This document shows, in pieces, positions 8,661 through 18,434 of a stretch of 64,000 nucleotides of DNA. Both the position numbers and the translations under genes were made by a program. The notes beneath the pieces are model-generated. The model was not told the origin of the DNA. It saw only the letters and a program-made list of their open reading frames with translations, and made no database searches. Where the stretch lies: the NCBI GenBank assembly GCA_965226375.1, contig CBDDCX010000008.1, positions 928,001 through 992,000 on the forward strand. Direction: 5' to 3'. The DNA is from Longimicrobiales bacterium. GTDB taxonomy: Bacteria; Gemmatimonadota; Gemmatimonadetes; Longimicrobiales; Gaopeijiaceae. Each line of letters begins with the position of its first letter. Within the stretch, counting starts at the first letter, position 1.

Positions 8661-10687
8661 GGCGTCGGCGTAAGCAGGCACGCTCCAGGGTGACGTTCCG
8701 TCGCCGGGTTCTCCTGACCGTGTGGCTCGTCGCGGGAGGCGTCGTGGTCGGACGCGCCTCACAGATTCAGGTTGCTCAAGGAGCCACCTGGAGGCAGCAG
8801 GCCGACCAACAACACCGCACCAGCGTTAAGGTACCGGCCCCTCGTGGGTCCGTCTTCGATCGTTCGGGGGTCGAGCTGGCACTTAGTCGGGAGACCTTCA
8901 AGGTAAGCGTGGCTCCGCACGAGATTCGCGATGTCGAGGCCGTGACTCGGCTCCTGGTAGAGACGTTGGGGCTCGACCCTGGCGTGGTGCGAGACGCCAC
9001 GACGTCGACGAGGCCGTGGCGGGTCCTGCCGAAGTCCTATCCTCCCTCGGTACGGGAAGCGCTGACGGATGTTCGCGGTCTCTATCTGGAGCGCGAGCAC
9101 CGTCGTTTCTACCCGCGCGGTGATTTGGCGCGCGCGCTCCTCGGTCTGGTGCGGGATGGCGAGGCGTACGGCGGAGTCGAGCAGGCCTTCGACGAGTCGC
9201 TTCGGGGCAGAGAGGGAAACGCCGTCTTGGCGCGTGATCCTCTCGGCCAGCCCATCCCGGGCGAGAGCGTTGTGCTCAAGCAACCCGAAGAGGGTGGTCA
9301 GGTCGTGCTCACCCTCGACGTGGATCTGCAGGAGATCGGCCGTAGAGCCCTCGCAGAGGCGGTTCAGGAGACCGAAGCCCATGGCGGAGACCTGGTCATC
9401 ACGGACCCTCGCACCGGGGACATCCTGGCCATGGTCTCCATAAGGGATGGGTCCACGAACGCACTGTCGGCGATCAACACCCCCTACGAGCCCGGTTCCA
9501 CCCTCAAGCCCTTCACGGTTGCCGGCCTGCTCCAGCACGATCTCGCGACCCTCGATGACAGCGTCGACACAGGGACCGGTCACTGGACCGTCGAAGGTCG
9601 GACCGTAAGCGATGTGCACCCCCAGGGTGGCGCCATGACCCTGGCCCACGCCCTCGAGATTTCCTCGAACGTGGGTGTGGCGAAGGCCGCGCAGGCCCTG
9701 TCTCCGGCCGTCCAGTACCAGACTCTGCGGGACTTCGGACTCGGGGCGCCGACCGGAGTGGGGTTGCCCGGCGAAAGCAGGGGAACGCTTCGACGCCCTG
9801 AGGACTGGAGTCGTCAGTCCCCGGTCTCTCTGGCCATCGGTTACGAGGTGTCCGTGACACCACTGCAGATGGCCATGGCGTACGGAGCTCTGGCCAACGG
9901 CGGCCGCCTCATGCAGCCCCGGCTCGTGAAGGAGGTTCGCGACGCCCAGGGCCGGACCGTGGAGCGTTTCGAGCCACGGATGGTTCGGCAGGTCGTATCG
10001 CCTGAAGTCACTCGCAAGATCGCGGAGGTGCTCGTCAACGTGGTGGAGGACGGTACCGGCACACGCGCGCGGCTCGGCACGTTCGCGGTGGCCGGAAAGA
10101 GCGGTACGAGTCGGGCGTGGTCCGACGGGGCCTATCAGTCGGGTGACTATTTCTCCTCGTTCGCAGGCTTCTTCCCGGCCGAGGATCCTCAGCTGGTGGT
10201 CCTGGTCAAGCTGGATCGGCCCAGCGGCGCGTACTACGGCGGGGCCACCGCCGCTCCCGTGACTCGGGCCACACTGCAGGCGATTCTTGCCGCTCAACAG
10301 ACACCGCTGGACCGCAACGCGTTGGCACGGGTCGCACGGGCTCAGGCGCTCCCGGCCGGGTCCGAGGCCGTGAGCTCGAACAGGGCGACATCACCCACAC
10401 GATTTGCGTCTCTTTCCCCGGTCGAGGATCCGGTACAGCTCCCCCGACTGGAGTGGGGAGCGGCCGTCCCGGCGGATCGGGCGACGGCCGGCACCGCAGG
10501 CATCAGTGTTCCGGATGTTACGGGATTGTCGGCCCGAGCCGCGGTCCGGCGGATGCACGAACTGGGTTTGCGTGTGCGTTGGGAAGGCTCCGGTCCTGTG
10601 ACCTTTGTGCGTCCCGCAGCAGGATCATGGCTATCGCCGGGAGACACTGTGAGCCTCTCATCGCGGGGACGGAGCGGAGATGGCTAG
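8657..10687 (+). CDS. ftsI: Penicillin-binding protein FtsI with C-terminal PASTA domain
   Basis: EPGSTLK (SxxK), SSNVG (SxN), GKSGT (KTG-like), VPDVTGLS PASTA. Confidence 0.93.
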   Translation: MRRRRKQARSRVTFRRRVLLTVWLVAGGVVVGRASQIQVAQGATWRQQADQQHRTSVKVPAPRGSVFDRSGVELALSRETFKVSVAPHEIRDVEAVTRLLVETLGLDPGVVRDATTSTRPWRVLPKSYPPSVREALTDVRGLYLEREHRRFYPRGDLARALLGLVRDGEAYGGVEQAFDESLRGREGNAVLARDPLGQPIPGESVVLKQPEEGGQVVLTLDVDLQEIGRRALAEAVQETEAHGGDLVITDPRTGDILAMVSIRDGSTNALSAINTPYEPGSTLKPFTVAGLLQHDLATLDDSVDTGTGHWTVEGRTVSDVHPQGGAMTLAHALEISSNVGVAKAAQALSPAVQYQTLRDFGLGAPTGVGLPGESRGTLRRPEDWSRQSPVSLAIGYEVSVTPLQMAMAYGALANGGRLMQPRLVKEVRDAQGRTVERFEPRMVRQVVSPEVTRKIAEVLVNVVEDGTGTRARLGTFAVAGKSGTSRAWSDGAYQSGDYFSSFAGFFPAEDPQLVVLVKLDRPSGAYYGGATAAPVTRATLQAILAAQQTPLDRNALARVARAQALPAGSEAVSSNRATSPTRFASLSPVEDPVQLPRLEWGAAVPADRATAGTAGISVPDVTGLSARAAVRRMHELGLRVRWEGSGPVTFVRPAAGSWLSPGDTVSLSSRGRSGDG

Positions 10688-12164
10688 CGCTCCCACTACC
10701 CTCGCGTCGGTCGCGCGAGTCCTCCGGACTGCGGGTCTCATCGATGAGCTCCATGGTCCGGAGGACGTCGCCGTTTCGGGAGTTACCCAAGACTCCCGGT
10801 CCGTGCAGGCCGGTGATCTGTTCCTTGCGTGGCATGGATCCGAGTGGGATGCCCACAACTTCGTGGCGCCAGCCGCACGAGCCGGGGCCGTAGCCGCTGT
10901 GGTAGAGCGCCACGTGCCGGAGGCCGAGATCCCTCAGCTGCAGGTGTCGGACGGACGACGTGCCGCCGCTCTGGCCGCCGACACGATTTTCGGATCTCCA
11001 TGGGAGCGGCTCTTCACTGTCGGGATTACCGGAACGAACGGGAAGACGACCACGGCGCTCATCACCCGTCATCTCCTTGAAGGCTCGGGATCGGCGGTCG
11101 CTGTCGGCACCCTCGGATTGGTGGACGCCGACGGTTCCGTGCGGGCCGGAACAGAGGGGCTCACGACCCCCGGGCCGGTCCAGCTGTCTCATTGGCTCAG
11201 CGGGCTGGTGGAAGAGGGGGTCGACTTCGTGGCCGTCGAGGCCTCTTCCCACGCGCTTGAGCAGAGACGGCTCGACGGCATGCGCTTCGATGCCGCCGTA
11301 TTCACCAACCTCTCTCAGGATCACCTGGACTATCACCCCGACATGGCGAGCTACCTCGGAGCCAAGTCTCACCTGCTGGACCTGGTCAAGGACGACGGTC
11401 TGACCGTCGTCAACGCCGACGCGGACGACTGGCGGTCGCTTCCCCTGGAGGGACGCCGCTCGTTGACCTACGGAGTGAACTCTTCTGCGGATCTGAGGGC
11501 CGAGGCCCTGGTACCTGAGCCGCACGGAACGCGGTTCCGCATCTCCCTGGCCGACCGAGGTGCAGAGGTGAACCTCCCGCTCCTCGGGCGCTTCAATGTC
11601 GAGAACTCGTTGGCCGCCGCGGGAGCGGGTACGGCGGCTGGTATGGATGTCGAGGCGATCGCCGCCCGGCTTGAAACGGTCCCGCAGGTTCCGGGGCGCC
11701 TCGAGATCGTGGCCAGGGAGCCGTTCTCCATCCTCATCGACTTTGCCCACACTGCCGAGGCGCTACGTAGCGTGCTGGCCACGCTCCGTCCGCTGGTATC
11801 CGGCCGGATCATCGTGGTCTTCGGTGCCGGCGGCGATCGGGATCGGGGCAAGCGGCCCGAGATGGGGGCCGTGGTCGCCCGGGGTGCCGACTTGGCCGTG
11901 GTCACGTCCGACAATCCGCGGACCGAGGATCCCGAGTCGATCATCGACCAAGTCATCGCGGGGATGGCGGGTTCTCGTCATGAGCGCCAGGCCGACCGGC
12001 GGGAGGCCATCCGCATGGCTCTTGCCGAGGCTCGTGACGGAGACCTGGTCCTTCTCGCCGGCAAAGGCCACGAGAGCTATCAGGTGATCGGTACCGAGAG
12101 CCGTCCCTTCGATGAGCGTCGCGTGGTCCAGGAGAGCCTGGCCGAGCTCGGAGGAGCGGCATGA
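10680..12164 (+). CDS. murE: UDP-MurNAc-tripeptide synthetase (meso-DAP-adding type)
   Basis: GITGTNGKTT, EASSH, DHLDYH, DNPR substrate motif, LAGKGHE. Confidence 0.96.
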   Translation: MASAPTTLASVARVLRTAGLIDELHGPEDVAVSGVTQDSRSVQAGDLFLAWHGSEWDAHNFVAPAARAGAVAAVVERHVPEAEIPQLQVSDGRRAAALAADTIFGSPWERLFTVGITGTNGKTTTALITRHLLEGSGSAVAVGTLGLVDADGSVRAGTEGLTTPGPVQLSHWLSGLVEEGVDFVAVEASSHALEQRRLDGMRFDAAVFTNLSQDHLDYHPDMASYLGAKSHLLDLVKDDGLTVVNADADDWRSLPLEGRRSLTYGVNSSADLRAEALVPEPHGTRFRISLADRGAEVNLPLLGRFNVENSLAAAGAGTAAGMDVEAIAARLETVPQVPGRLEIVAREPFSILIDFAHTAEALRSVLATLRPLVSGRIIVVFGAGGDRDRGKRPEMGAVVARGADLAVVTSDNPRTEDPESIIDQVIAGMAGSRHERQADRREAIRMALAEARDGDLVLLAGKGHESYQVIGTESRPFDERRVVQESLAELGGAA

Positions 12165-13600
12165 CGCGCGGCTTCGCTTGGACCGATGGTCATGTCAGGG
12201 CTGCACTGGGCCTGTCCGCGGTCGACGCCACGAACCCCGGCCTCGCGTCCGGCGCGGACGATGGCACCCTTCGCTTCGAAGGCGTGTCGACGGATAGCCG
12301 GACGGCTCGCGAGGGCGATCTGTTCGTGGCGCTGGAAGGCGAGAACTTCGACGGTCACGAATACGTGATCGCCGCTCTGGAGCGCGGTGCACGAGGAGCG
12401 GTCGTCTCACGGGACATCGAGGTGGCGGGTGATGCTCCGTTCTATCCCGTCGACGACACCCTACACGCGTTGGGCCGGTTGGCAGGCTATCGCCGCGCAC
12501 GCCTCAGCGCTGCCGTTGTCGGCATCACGGGATCATCCGGCAAGACCGCAACCAAGGATCTCACGGCCGCAGCGGTCGAGGGGTCGCGTAAACTTCACGC
12601 TACACGTGGGAACTTCAACAACCGTGTGGGATTGCCTCTCACGTTGCTCGACGCGCCCGACGATGTGGAGGTCGTGGTGTTGGAGATGGGTACCAATGAA
12701 CCCGGTGAGATCCGTGCCCTCACGGAGATCGCCGGACCTGAGATCGGTGTCGTCACAACCATCTCCGAGACGCACATCGAGAAGCTGGAGTCGTTGGAGG
12801 GTGTGCTCAACGAGAAGCTGGACCTGCTCCGGGGACTCCCCCAGGACGGGAAGGCGGTTGTGGGTGACGAGCCGTTGATCCTGCCAGACGGAGCACGGCG
12901 AGTGCGCCCGCGGGTCCGGGTGGCCGGGTGGGGTGACCGGGCGGACCCGGCCCTCCAGCCGGACGCCGCGACCATGGATGACCAGGGCCGCTGGAGCTTC
13001 CTGTGGCACGGAGAGCCCGTTCGGCTGCAGGTGCCGGGCCGACACTCGGTCGTCAACGCCATTTTCGCACTGACAGTGGCGGACATGCTGGACATCCCGG
13101 CAGCGGAAGCGGCCAGGGGAGTCGGCACCGTCGAGGTTGGCTCCATGCGCGGTGAGACCCGACAGCTTGGTGGACTGACCCTGCTCCTGGACTGCTACAA
13201 CGCGAATCCGCAGAGCACCCGGGCCGCGTTGGACCTGCTCTTGGCCATCGAGCCCCAGCGCCCAAAGGTGGCTTTTCTGGGAAGCATGTTGGAGCTGGGA
13301 AGCCGCAGCGAGGAAATCCACGCGGCCCTTCTCGCCGAGGCCGCGACCATGAAGCTGGATCTGCTGGTGGCTACGGGCGATTTCGCCGATGCCGCGGAGC
13401 GGATGACGTCTACGCTCGGCGACTCCGCGTCGATCGCCGTCTTGGATCCGATCGACGCGTATAGGGAGCTCAAGGGCCGGCTGAACGGCAACGAAGTGGT
13501 CCTTATCAAGGCGTCGCGGGGATTCGCCCTGGAGCGAGTGATTCCGGAGTTCGAGCGGGACTTCGGCGCTGCGGTTCTGCAAGGCGGGACGGAGGCCTGA
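12161..13600 (+). CDS. murF: UDP-MurNAc-pentapeptide (D-Ala-D-Ala) ligase
   Basis: GITGSSGKT, LEMGTNEPGEI, DCYNANP, KASRG. Confidence 0.96.
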   Translation: MTRGFAWTDGHVRAALGLSAVDATNPGLASGADDGTLRFEGVSTDSRTAREGDLFVALEGENFDGHEYVIAALERGARGAVVSRDIEVAGDAPFYPVDDTLHALGRLAGYRRARLSAAVVGITGSSGKTATKDLTAAAVEGSRKLHATRGNFNNRVGLPLTLLDAPDDVEVVVLEMGTNEPGEIRALTEIAGPEIGVVTTISETHIEKLESLEGVLNEKLDLLRGLPQDGKAVVGDEPLILPDGARRVRPRVRVAGWGDRADPALQPDAATMDDQGRWSFLWHGEPVRLQVPGRHSVVNAIFALTVADMLDIPAAEAARGVGTVEVGSMRGETRQLGGLTLLLDCYNANPQSTRAALDLLLAIEPQRPKVAFLGSMLELGSRSEEIHAALLAEAATMKLDLLVATGDFADAAERMTSTLGDSASIAVLDPIDAYRELKGRLNGNEVVLIKASRGFALERVIPEFERDFGAAVLQGGTEA

Positions 13601-14706
13601 TGCTCTATCATCTGCTTCCCGGCCTGGCAGACGTCCACATCGTCTTCAACCTCTTCCGCTTCATCACGTTCAGAGCGGCCGGCGCTCTGGTCACGTCGCT
13701 GGTACTCGCCTTCCTGCTGGGGCCCGTGACCATTCGAGCCCTCACACGGCTTCGGGTCGGTCAGGTCGTCCGTGCCGAAGGTCCGGCGACTCACCTCAGC
13801 AAGGCCGGGACGCCGACCATGGGTGGTGTCTTGATCATCGTGGCTACGGCTCTCTCCACTTTGCTCTGGGCCGATCTCACGAACTGGTACACGGTGCTGG
13901 CGCTCCTGACACTGGTGTCGATGGGTGGCATCGGCTTCATGGACGACTACCTGAAAGTGGTCCAGGGTCGCACCGCCGGCCTCGTGGCCTGCTACAAGAT
14001 GATGGGCCAGTGGGCCTTCGGTCTGGGTCTCGGGCTGTTCCTGCTGTTGAACCCGATCTCTCCGGTGGATCCGAATCGGACGATGTTGCCGTTCTTCTCG
14101 GATCTCTCGCTCGTCTTTGCTCCGTGGGCCTATGTGATCTTCGTCGCTTTCGTGATCTCGGGAAGCTCCAACGCGGTGAACATCACGGACGGCCTCGACG
14201 GCCTCGCCGCAGGATTGACGGCCATCGCCGCCGCCACCTTCGGGATCTTTGCATACCTCCTGGGCCGGGTCGACAGCTCCGCCTACCTGGGTCTGTTCTA
14301 CCTCCCCGGGGCGGGCGAGCTCACCATCCTGGCCCTTGGGCTCACGGGGGGATGTCTGGGCTTCCTGTGGTACAACGGCCACCCGGCCGAGGTCTTCATG
14401 GGCGACACGGGGTCGTTGGCGCTAGGCGGTGTGATCGGCGCCATGGCGATCCTGCTCAAGGCCGAATTCCTCCTCGTAATCGTGGGCGCCGTCTTCGTAG
14501 TCGAAGCCGTCTCGGTAATGCTCCAGGTCGGCTACTTCCGACACACATCACGCAAGTACGGCACGGGGAGGCGGCTCTTCAGGATGGCTCCGCTCCACCA
14601 CCACTTCGAGCAGTTGGGCTGGCCCGAGAGCAAGGTGGTCGTGCGGTTTTGGATCATGGGTATCCTGTCGGCCATGGTCGCCTTCAGCGCCCTCAAGATC
14701 AGGTGA
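13600..14706 (+). CDS. mraY: Phospho-MurNAc-pentapeptide transferase
   Basis: TPTMGG, NAVNITDGLDG, FMGDTGS, MAPLHHHFE. Confidence 0.98.
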   Translation: MLYHLLPGLADVHIVFNLFRFITFRAAGALVTSLVLAFLLGPVTIRALTRLRVGQVVRAEGPATHLSKAGTPTMGGVLIIVATALSTLLWADLTNWYTVLALLTLVSMGGIGFMDDYLKVVQGRTAGLVACYKMMGQWAFGLGLGLFLLLNPISPVDPNRTMLPFFSDLSLVFAPWAYVIFVAFVISGSSNAVNITDGLDGLAAGLTAIAAATFGIFAYLLGRVDSSAYLGLFYLPGAGELTILALGLTGGCLGFLWYNGHPAEVFMGDTGSLALGGVIGAMAILLKAEFLLVIVGAVFVVEAVSVMLQVGYFRHTSRKYGTGRRLFRMAPLHHHFEQLGWPESKVVVRFWIMGILSAMVAFSALKIR

Positions 14707-16103
14707 GGAACGGAACGTTGGACAGCTTGGTCGGCGAGCACATCGCCGTGGTGGGTCTGGCCGCGTCTGGAAGGGCAGCGGCTCGTCTGGCACTCGAAAA
14801 GGGAGGTAGTGTTCATGTCTCGGATTTGCGCAGCGACGCCGCAGCTCATGCTCGTGGAGACGAGCTCAGAAGTCTCGGTGTCGAGGTCGATCTCGGTATG
14901 CACCCCGTCGATCGAATCATCGCGGCGAGCACGGTCGTGGTCAGCCCTGGAATCCCCCCGGATGCTCCAGTGCTCAGAGAGCTCAAGGAGCGGGGCGTAC
15001 GATGGATCTCTGAGCCTGAGTTCGCCTTTCGCTTCTTCGATGGTCCACTGATCGTCGTGACTGGAACGAACGGCAAGACCACGACCGCGGCCCTGGTGGC
15101 ACACCTGCTCGAGAGTGATGGGCAGGATGTGGCTCTCGGCGGCAACATCGGCCAGGCGTTCGGACCTGCGGCCTCGGAGTTGGCGCTTCGTGACCGTGGC
15201 CCGGCGTGGTACGTGGTGGAGATGAGCTCGTTCCAGCTCGCGGGTATCGATCGGTTGCGCCCCGACATCGGGGTGATCACCAACCTGGCTCCGGACCACC
15301 TGGACCGGTACGGGTCCGTGGAGGACTACTACGCGGACAAGGCCAACCTCTTCCTCAACGCCGACGAGGACAGCCGCTGGGTGCTCAACGCCGACGACCC
15401 GGCTGTTCAAGACCTGGCCGGCGACGCACCGGGAGACCGCTACCTCTTCAGCACGCAGAAAACCGGCGTCCGAGGGGCGTACCTCGATCGAGGCGACCTG
15501 ACTCTGGAGATGGTGCCTGGCCAGAAAGAGACTCTGATTCCGGTCGATCGTCTCGGACTGCTGGGCTCCCACAATGTCGAAAACGCTCTGGCGGCTGCCA
15601 CGGTTGCCAGCCTGGCCCAGGCCTCCACGGCCGCCATCCAACGAGGTTTGGCTAGCGCCCGTTCCCTGCCACACCGTACTGAACAGGTGGCGGAGGGGAA
15701 GGGGATACGCTGGATCAACGACTCCAAGGCCACCAACGTGGCGGCCGCCGGCCGCGCGATCACCAGCCTGGAGGGGCCCCTCATTGTGCTGCTGGGTGGC
15801 AAAGACAAGGACGAGGACTTCTCTCCCCTCGCCTCGGCCCTGGTGGAGGTCGATGCACGCGTCTTAGCGTATGGCGAGGCCGGCCCCCGGATCGAGCAGG
15901 CCCTCACGGAGCAGGTGCAGGTCAAACTGATCGACGCCGACTTCGATCGGGTGATCGAGGCCGCAGCAGGCGCTGCGAGACCTGGGGACGTGGTGCTCCT
16001 CTCTCCGGCCTGCTCGAGCTTCGACATGTTCGAGAACTACGAAGAGCGTGGAGAGCGGTTCACCGAATTGGCTCGAGCCCATGCGACCGAGGGGGTCGGC
16101 TGA
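14703..16103 (+). CDS. murD: UDP-MurNAc-L-Ala-D-Glu ligase
   Basis: VVGLAASG, TGTNGKTT, EMSSFQL, NDSKATN, LSPACSSFD; GTG start overlaps the mraY stop (TTG at 14718 is an alternative). Confidence 0.95.
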   Translation: MRNGTLDSLVGEHIAVVGLAASGRAAARLALEKGGSVHVSDLRSDAAAHARGDELRSLGVEVDLGMHPVDRIIAASTVVVSPGIPPDAPVLRELKERGVRWISEPEFAFRFFDGPLIVVTGTNGKTTTAALVAHLLESDGQDVALGGNIGQAFGPAASELALRDRGPAWYVVEMSSFQLAGIDRLRPDIGVITNLAPDHLDRYGSVEDYYADKANLFLNADEDSRWVLNADDPAVQDLAGDAPGDRYLFSTQKTGVRGAYLDRGDLTLEMVPGQKETLIPVDRLGLLGSHNVENALAAATVASLAQASTAAIQRGLASARSLPHRTEQVAEGKGIRWINDSKATNVAAAGRAITSLEGPLIVLLGGKDKDEDFSPLASALVEVDARVLAYGEAGPRIEQALTEQVQVKLIDADFDRVIEAAAGAARPGDVVLLSPACSSFDMFENYEERGERFTELARAHATEGVG

Positions 16104-17287
16104 TGGTCCGCCCCGTCGACGTCGCTCCGTCCGGACCGCTGGCGTTGCCGATTACGGGGTTGGGAAGAGGGTGGGAGCCCGCCGCCATCATGACGCTCAC
16201 CGTCGTCCTCCTGTCGTTGGGGTTGGTCACGCTCTATTCGGCCAGCGCGTTTCTCGCGCAGCGTCAGATGTTGCCGGACTACTACTACGTCATGCGGCAG
16301 GCCACGGGCGCCGCGATCGGCCTGAGCGCGTTGGGCCTCTGTGCATGGCTCCCGCATGATCTGTGGGAACGACTGGCGTGGCCCATGATCGTGGTGGCCT
16401 GGATTCTGTTGGTCATCCTTGTGCTTCCCGGTACCGAAGCAATCGCGCCCGAGATCAACGGAGCCCGTCGGTGGCTTCGGGTCGGCGTGACCCTCCAGCC
16501 CTCCGAGCTCGCCAAGATGGCGGTTCTCGTGTGGACGGCATCGCTGGCGGTCCGCAAGCAGGGTCACTTTCAGAGCCTGAAGCGGGGCCTGGTCCCCTTC
16601 CTCGTGGTCTGGGGGGCCGTCATGCTGCCCGTTGCCCTCGAGCCCGATCTCTCGACTGCGCTGGTGATCGGGATGCTGGGGTGTGTGGTCGTGTACGCCG
16701 CTGGGGCGCGGGTGGCCCACTTCGCGTTTCTCGGGCTGCTCGCGGCCCCGTTGATTTGGCGACAGCTCGCCGTGTCGTTTCGGGCCGAGCGTATCATGGC
16801 GTTCCTCGACCCCTCGGCGGACCCGGCCGGCGCCGGCTTCCAGGTGCACCAGTCGCTTCTCGCTCTCGGGTCCGGCGGGATCACCGGGGTAGGCTTCGGT
16901 CAGGGACGCCAGAAGCTCGGCTTTCTGCCCGAGGCCCACAACGACTTCATCTTCGCCATGATCGGCGAGGAGTGGGGGCTGGCCGGGGTGATCGTCACCG
17001 TAGTCCTATACATGCTCCTGGTTTTGGTGGGCTACCGCGTCGCCGCTCGGGCTCCGGACCTCTTCGGTCAGCTTCTCGCCACGGGAATCACCAGCATGAT
17101 CACCCTACAGGCGATTCTGCACATGTCGGTCGGGTTGAGTTTGGTCCCACCCACCGGCCTGGCTCTCCCGTTGGTCTCATATGGACGATCGAACCTGCTG
17201 GTCACCCTGGCGGCTCTGGGGATCCTCATGAGTATCTCTCGAGCCTGCGAACGCCCTCTCCCAGCCGTGAGGAGGGCCCGTGCATGA
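16103..17287 (+). CDS. ftsW: SEDS peptidoglycan glycosyltransferase FtsW
   Basis: GARRW, QPSELAK, LPEAHNDFIFA, LPLVSYG; multiple TM helices. Confidence 0.95.
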   Translation: MVRPVDVAPSGPLALPITGLGRGWEPAAIMTLTVVLLSLGLVTLYSASAFLAQRQMLPDYYYVMRQATGAAIGLSALGLCAWLPHDLWERLAWPMIVVAWILLVILVLPGTEAIAPEINGARRWLRVGVTLQPSELAKMAVLVWTASLAVRKQGHFQSLKRGLVPFLVVWGAVMLPVALEPDLSTALVIGMLGCVVVYAAGARVAHFAFLGLLAAPLIWRQLAVSFRAERIMAFLDPSADPAGAGFQVHQSLLALGSGGITGVGFGQGRQKLGFLPEAHNDFIFAMIGEEWGLAGVIVTVVLYMLLVLVGYRVAARAPDLFGQLLATGITSMITLQAILHMSVGLSLVPPTGLALPLVSYGRSNLLVTLAALGILMSISRACERPLPAVRRARA

Positions 17288-18434
17288 GGGTTCCGTTGCG
17301 GTCTTCGCGGGTGGTGGCACCGGTGGACACCTCTATCCAGCCCTCGCGTTGGCCGACGAGCTCGTCCGCCAGCGGCCTGGCATTCGTCCGTACTTTCTCG
17401 GCGCTCGGAGGGGGCTCGAAGCTCGAGTGCTTCCGGAGCGGCAGTTGGAACACCGTCTCCTTCCGGTCCGTGGGCTCGGCCGGGGCCAGGTGCTGTCCAA
17501 CCTGGGTGTGCCGTGGTCCCTGGTGCGGTCTGTCGCCATCGCCTTCGGTCTCCTTCGGCGTCTCCGGCCGGAGCTTGTCGTGGTGACCGGCGGATACGCC
17601 GGTGCGCCCGCGGGATTGGCCGCTGCCTTGTCCGGGATTCCCCTGGTCCTCCAGGAGCAAAACGCCTGGCCCGGCGCTACCACCCGCCTGCTCTCGCGTT
17701 GGGCGGCTCAGGTGCACCTGGCGTTTCCGGAGGCTGTGCCGCACTTCCCGTCACGCGCCCAGGACGCCATTCACCTGTCCGGGTGTCCGATTCGGCCGCT
17801 TCCGGATCAACCCCCCGAGCGGCGCGCCATGTGCGATCATTTCGGTCTCGACCCGGAGCTCAAGATCCTACTCGTGGTCGGGGGCAGTCAGGGCTCCGTC
17901 GCCCTCAATGATCTCGTTCAGGCCGCCGTCCTGACGATGACCGGTGACGGCTTTGGCATCGACGGATGGCAGTTGCTGTGGGCTACCGGCCCAGGGAACC
18001 ATGCCGGCGTGGAAGAGGCGCTGTCCGCGATGGCCGGCCCGGCCAGAGTGCGCGCCGTGCCCTACATCGAGGATATTCCGTCCGCGCTGAGCATCACGGA
18101 CCTGGCCTTGAGTCGGGCAGGTGCCATGACCACGGCCGAGCTTCTGGCGTGGGGCGTACCGGCCATCCTGGTCCCCCTTCCGACTGCCGCCGCCAACCAC
18201 CAGGCAGTCAACGCCCAGGCCTTGTACGAGTCCGGCGCGGCGGTCCATCTGCCCCAGGGGGATCTCACCGCCGAGGTGCTGTGGCGCACGGTGGTGGACT
18301 TGGCGAGTGACGAAGATCGCCTCGAACACATGGGCCAGGCGGCCCGCACGCGGAGCCGTCCCACGGCCACGGAGGCCATTGTCACCGAGATGATCCGCCT
18401 TCTCCCCGGACCCCGGGGGAGGGTCCCGGCATAA
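17280..18434 (+). CDS. murG: Lipid II GlcNAc transferase MurG
   Basis: GGGTGGHLYP, EQNA, GGSQG, SRAGAMT. Confidence 0.96.
   Translation: MHEGSVAVFAGGGTGGHLYPALALADELVRQRPGIRPYFLGARRGLEARVLPERQLEHRLLPVRGLGRGQVLSNLGVPWSLVRSVAIAFGLLRRLRPELVVVTGGYAGAPAGLAAALSGIPLVLQEQNAWPGATTRLLSRWAAQVHLAFPEAVPHFPSRAQDAIHLSGCPIRPLPDQPPERRAMCDHFGLDPELKILLVVGGSQGSVALNDLVQAAVLTMTGDGFGIDGWQLLWATGPGNHAGVEEALSAMAGPARVRAVPYIEDIPSALSITDLALSRAGAMTTAELLAWGVPAILVPLPTAAANHQAVNAQALYESGAAVHLPQGDLTAEVLWRTVVDLASDEDRLEHMGQAARTRSRPTATEAIVTEMIRLLPGPRGRVPA

Noticed and set aside
8759..14382. Long antisense ORFs (e.g. 8759-10297, 10518-11750, 13195-14382)
   Set aside because: Shadow frames of well-supported high-GC genes with no recognisable motifs
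14010..14702. N-terminal extension of murD (similarly fbp, asnS, ftsY, mtaB in the ORF track)
   Set aside because: The extensions overlap upstream genes or promoters; homology begins at downstream starts
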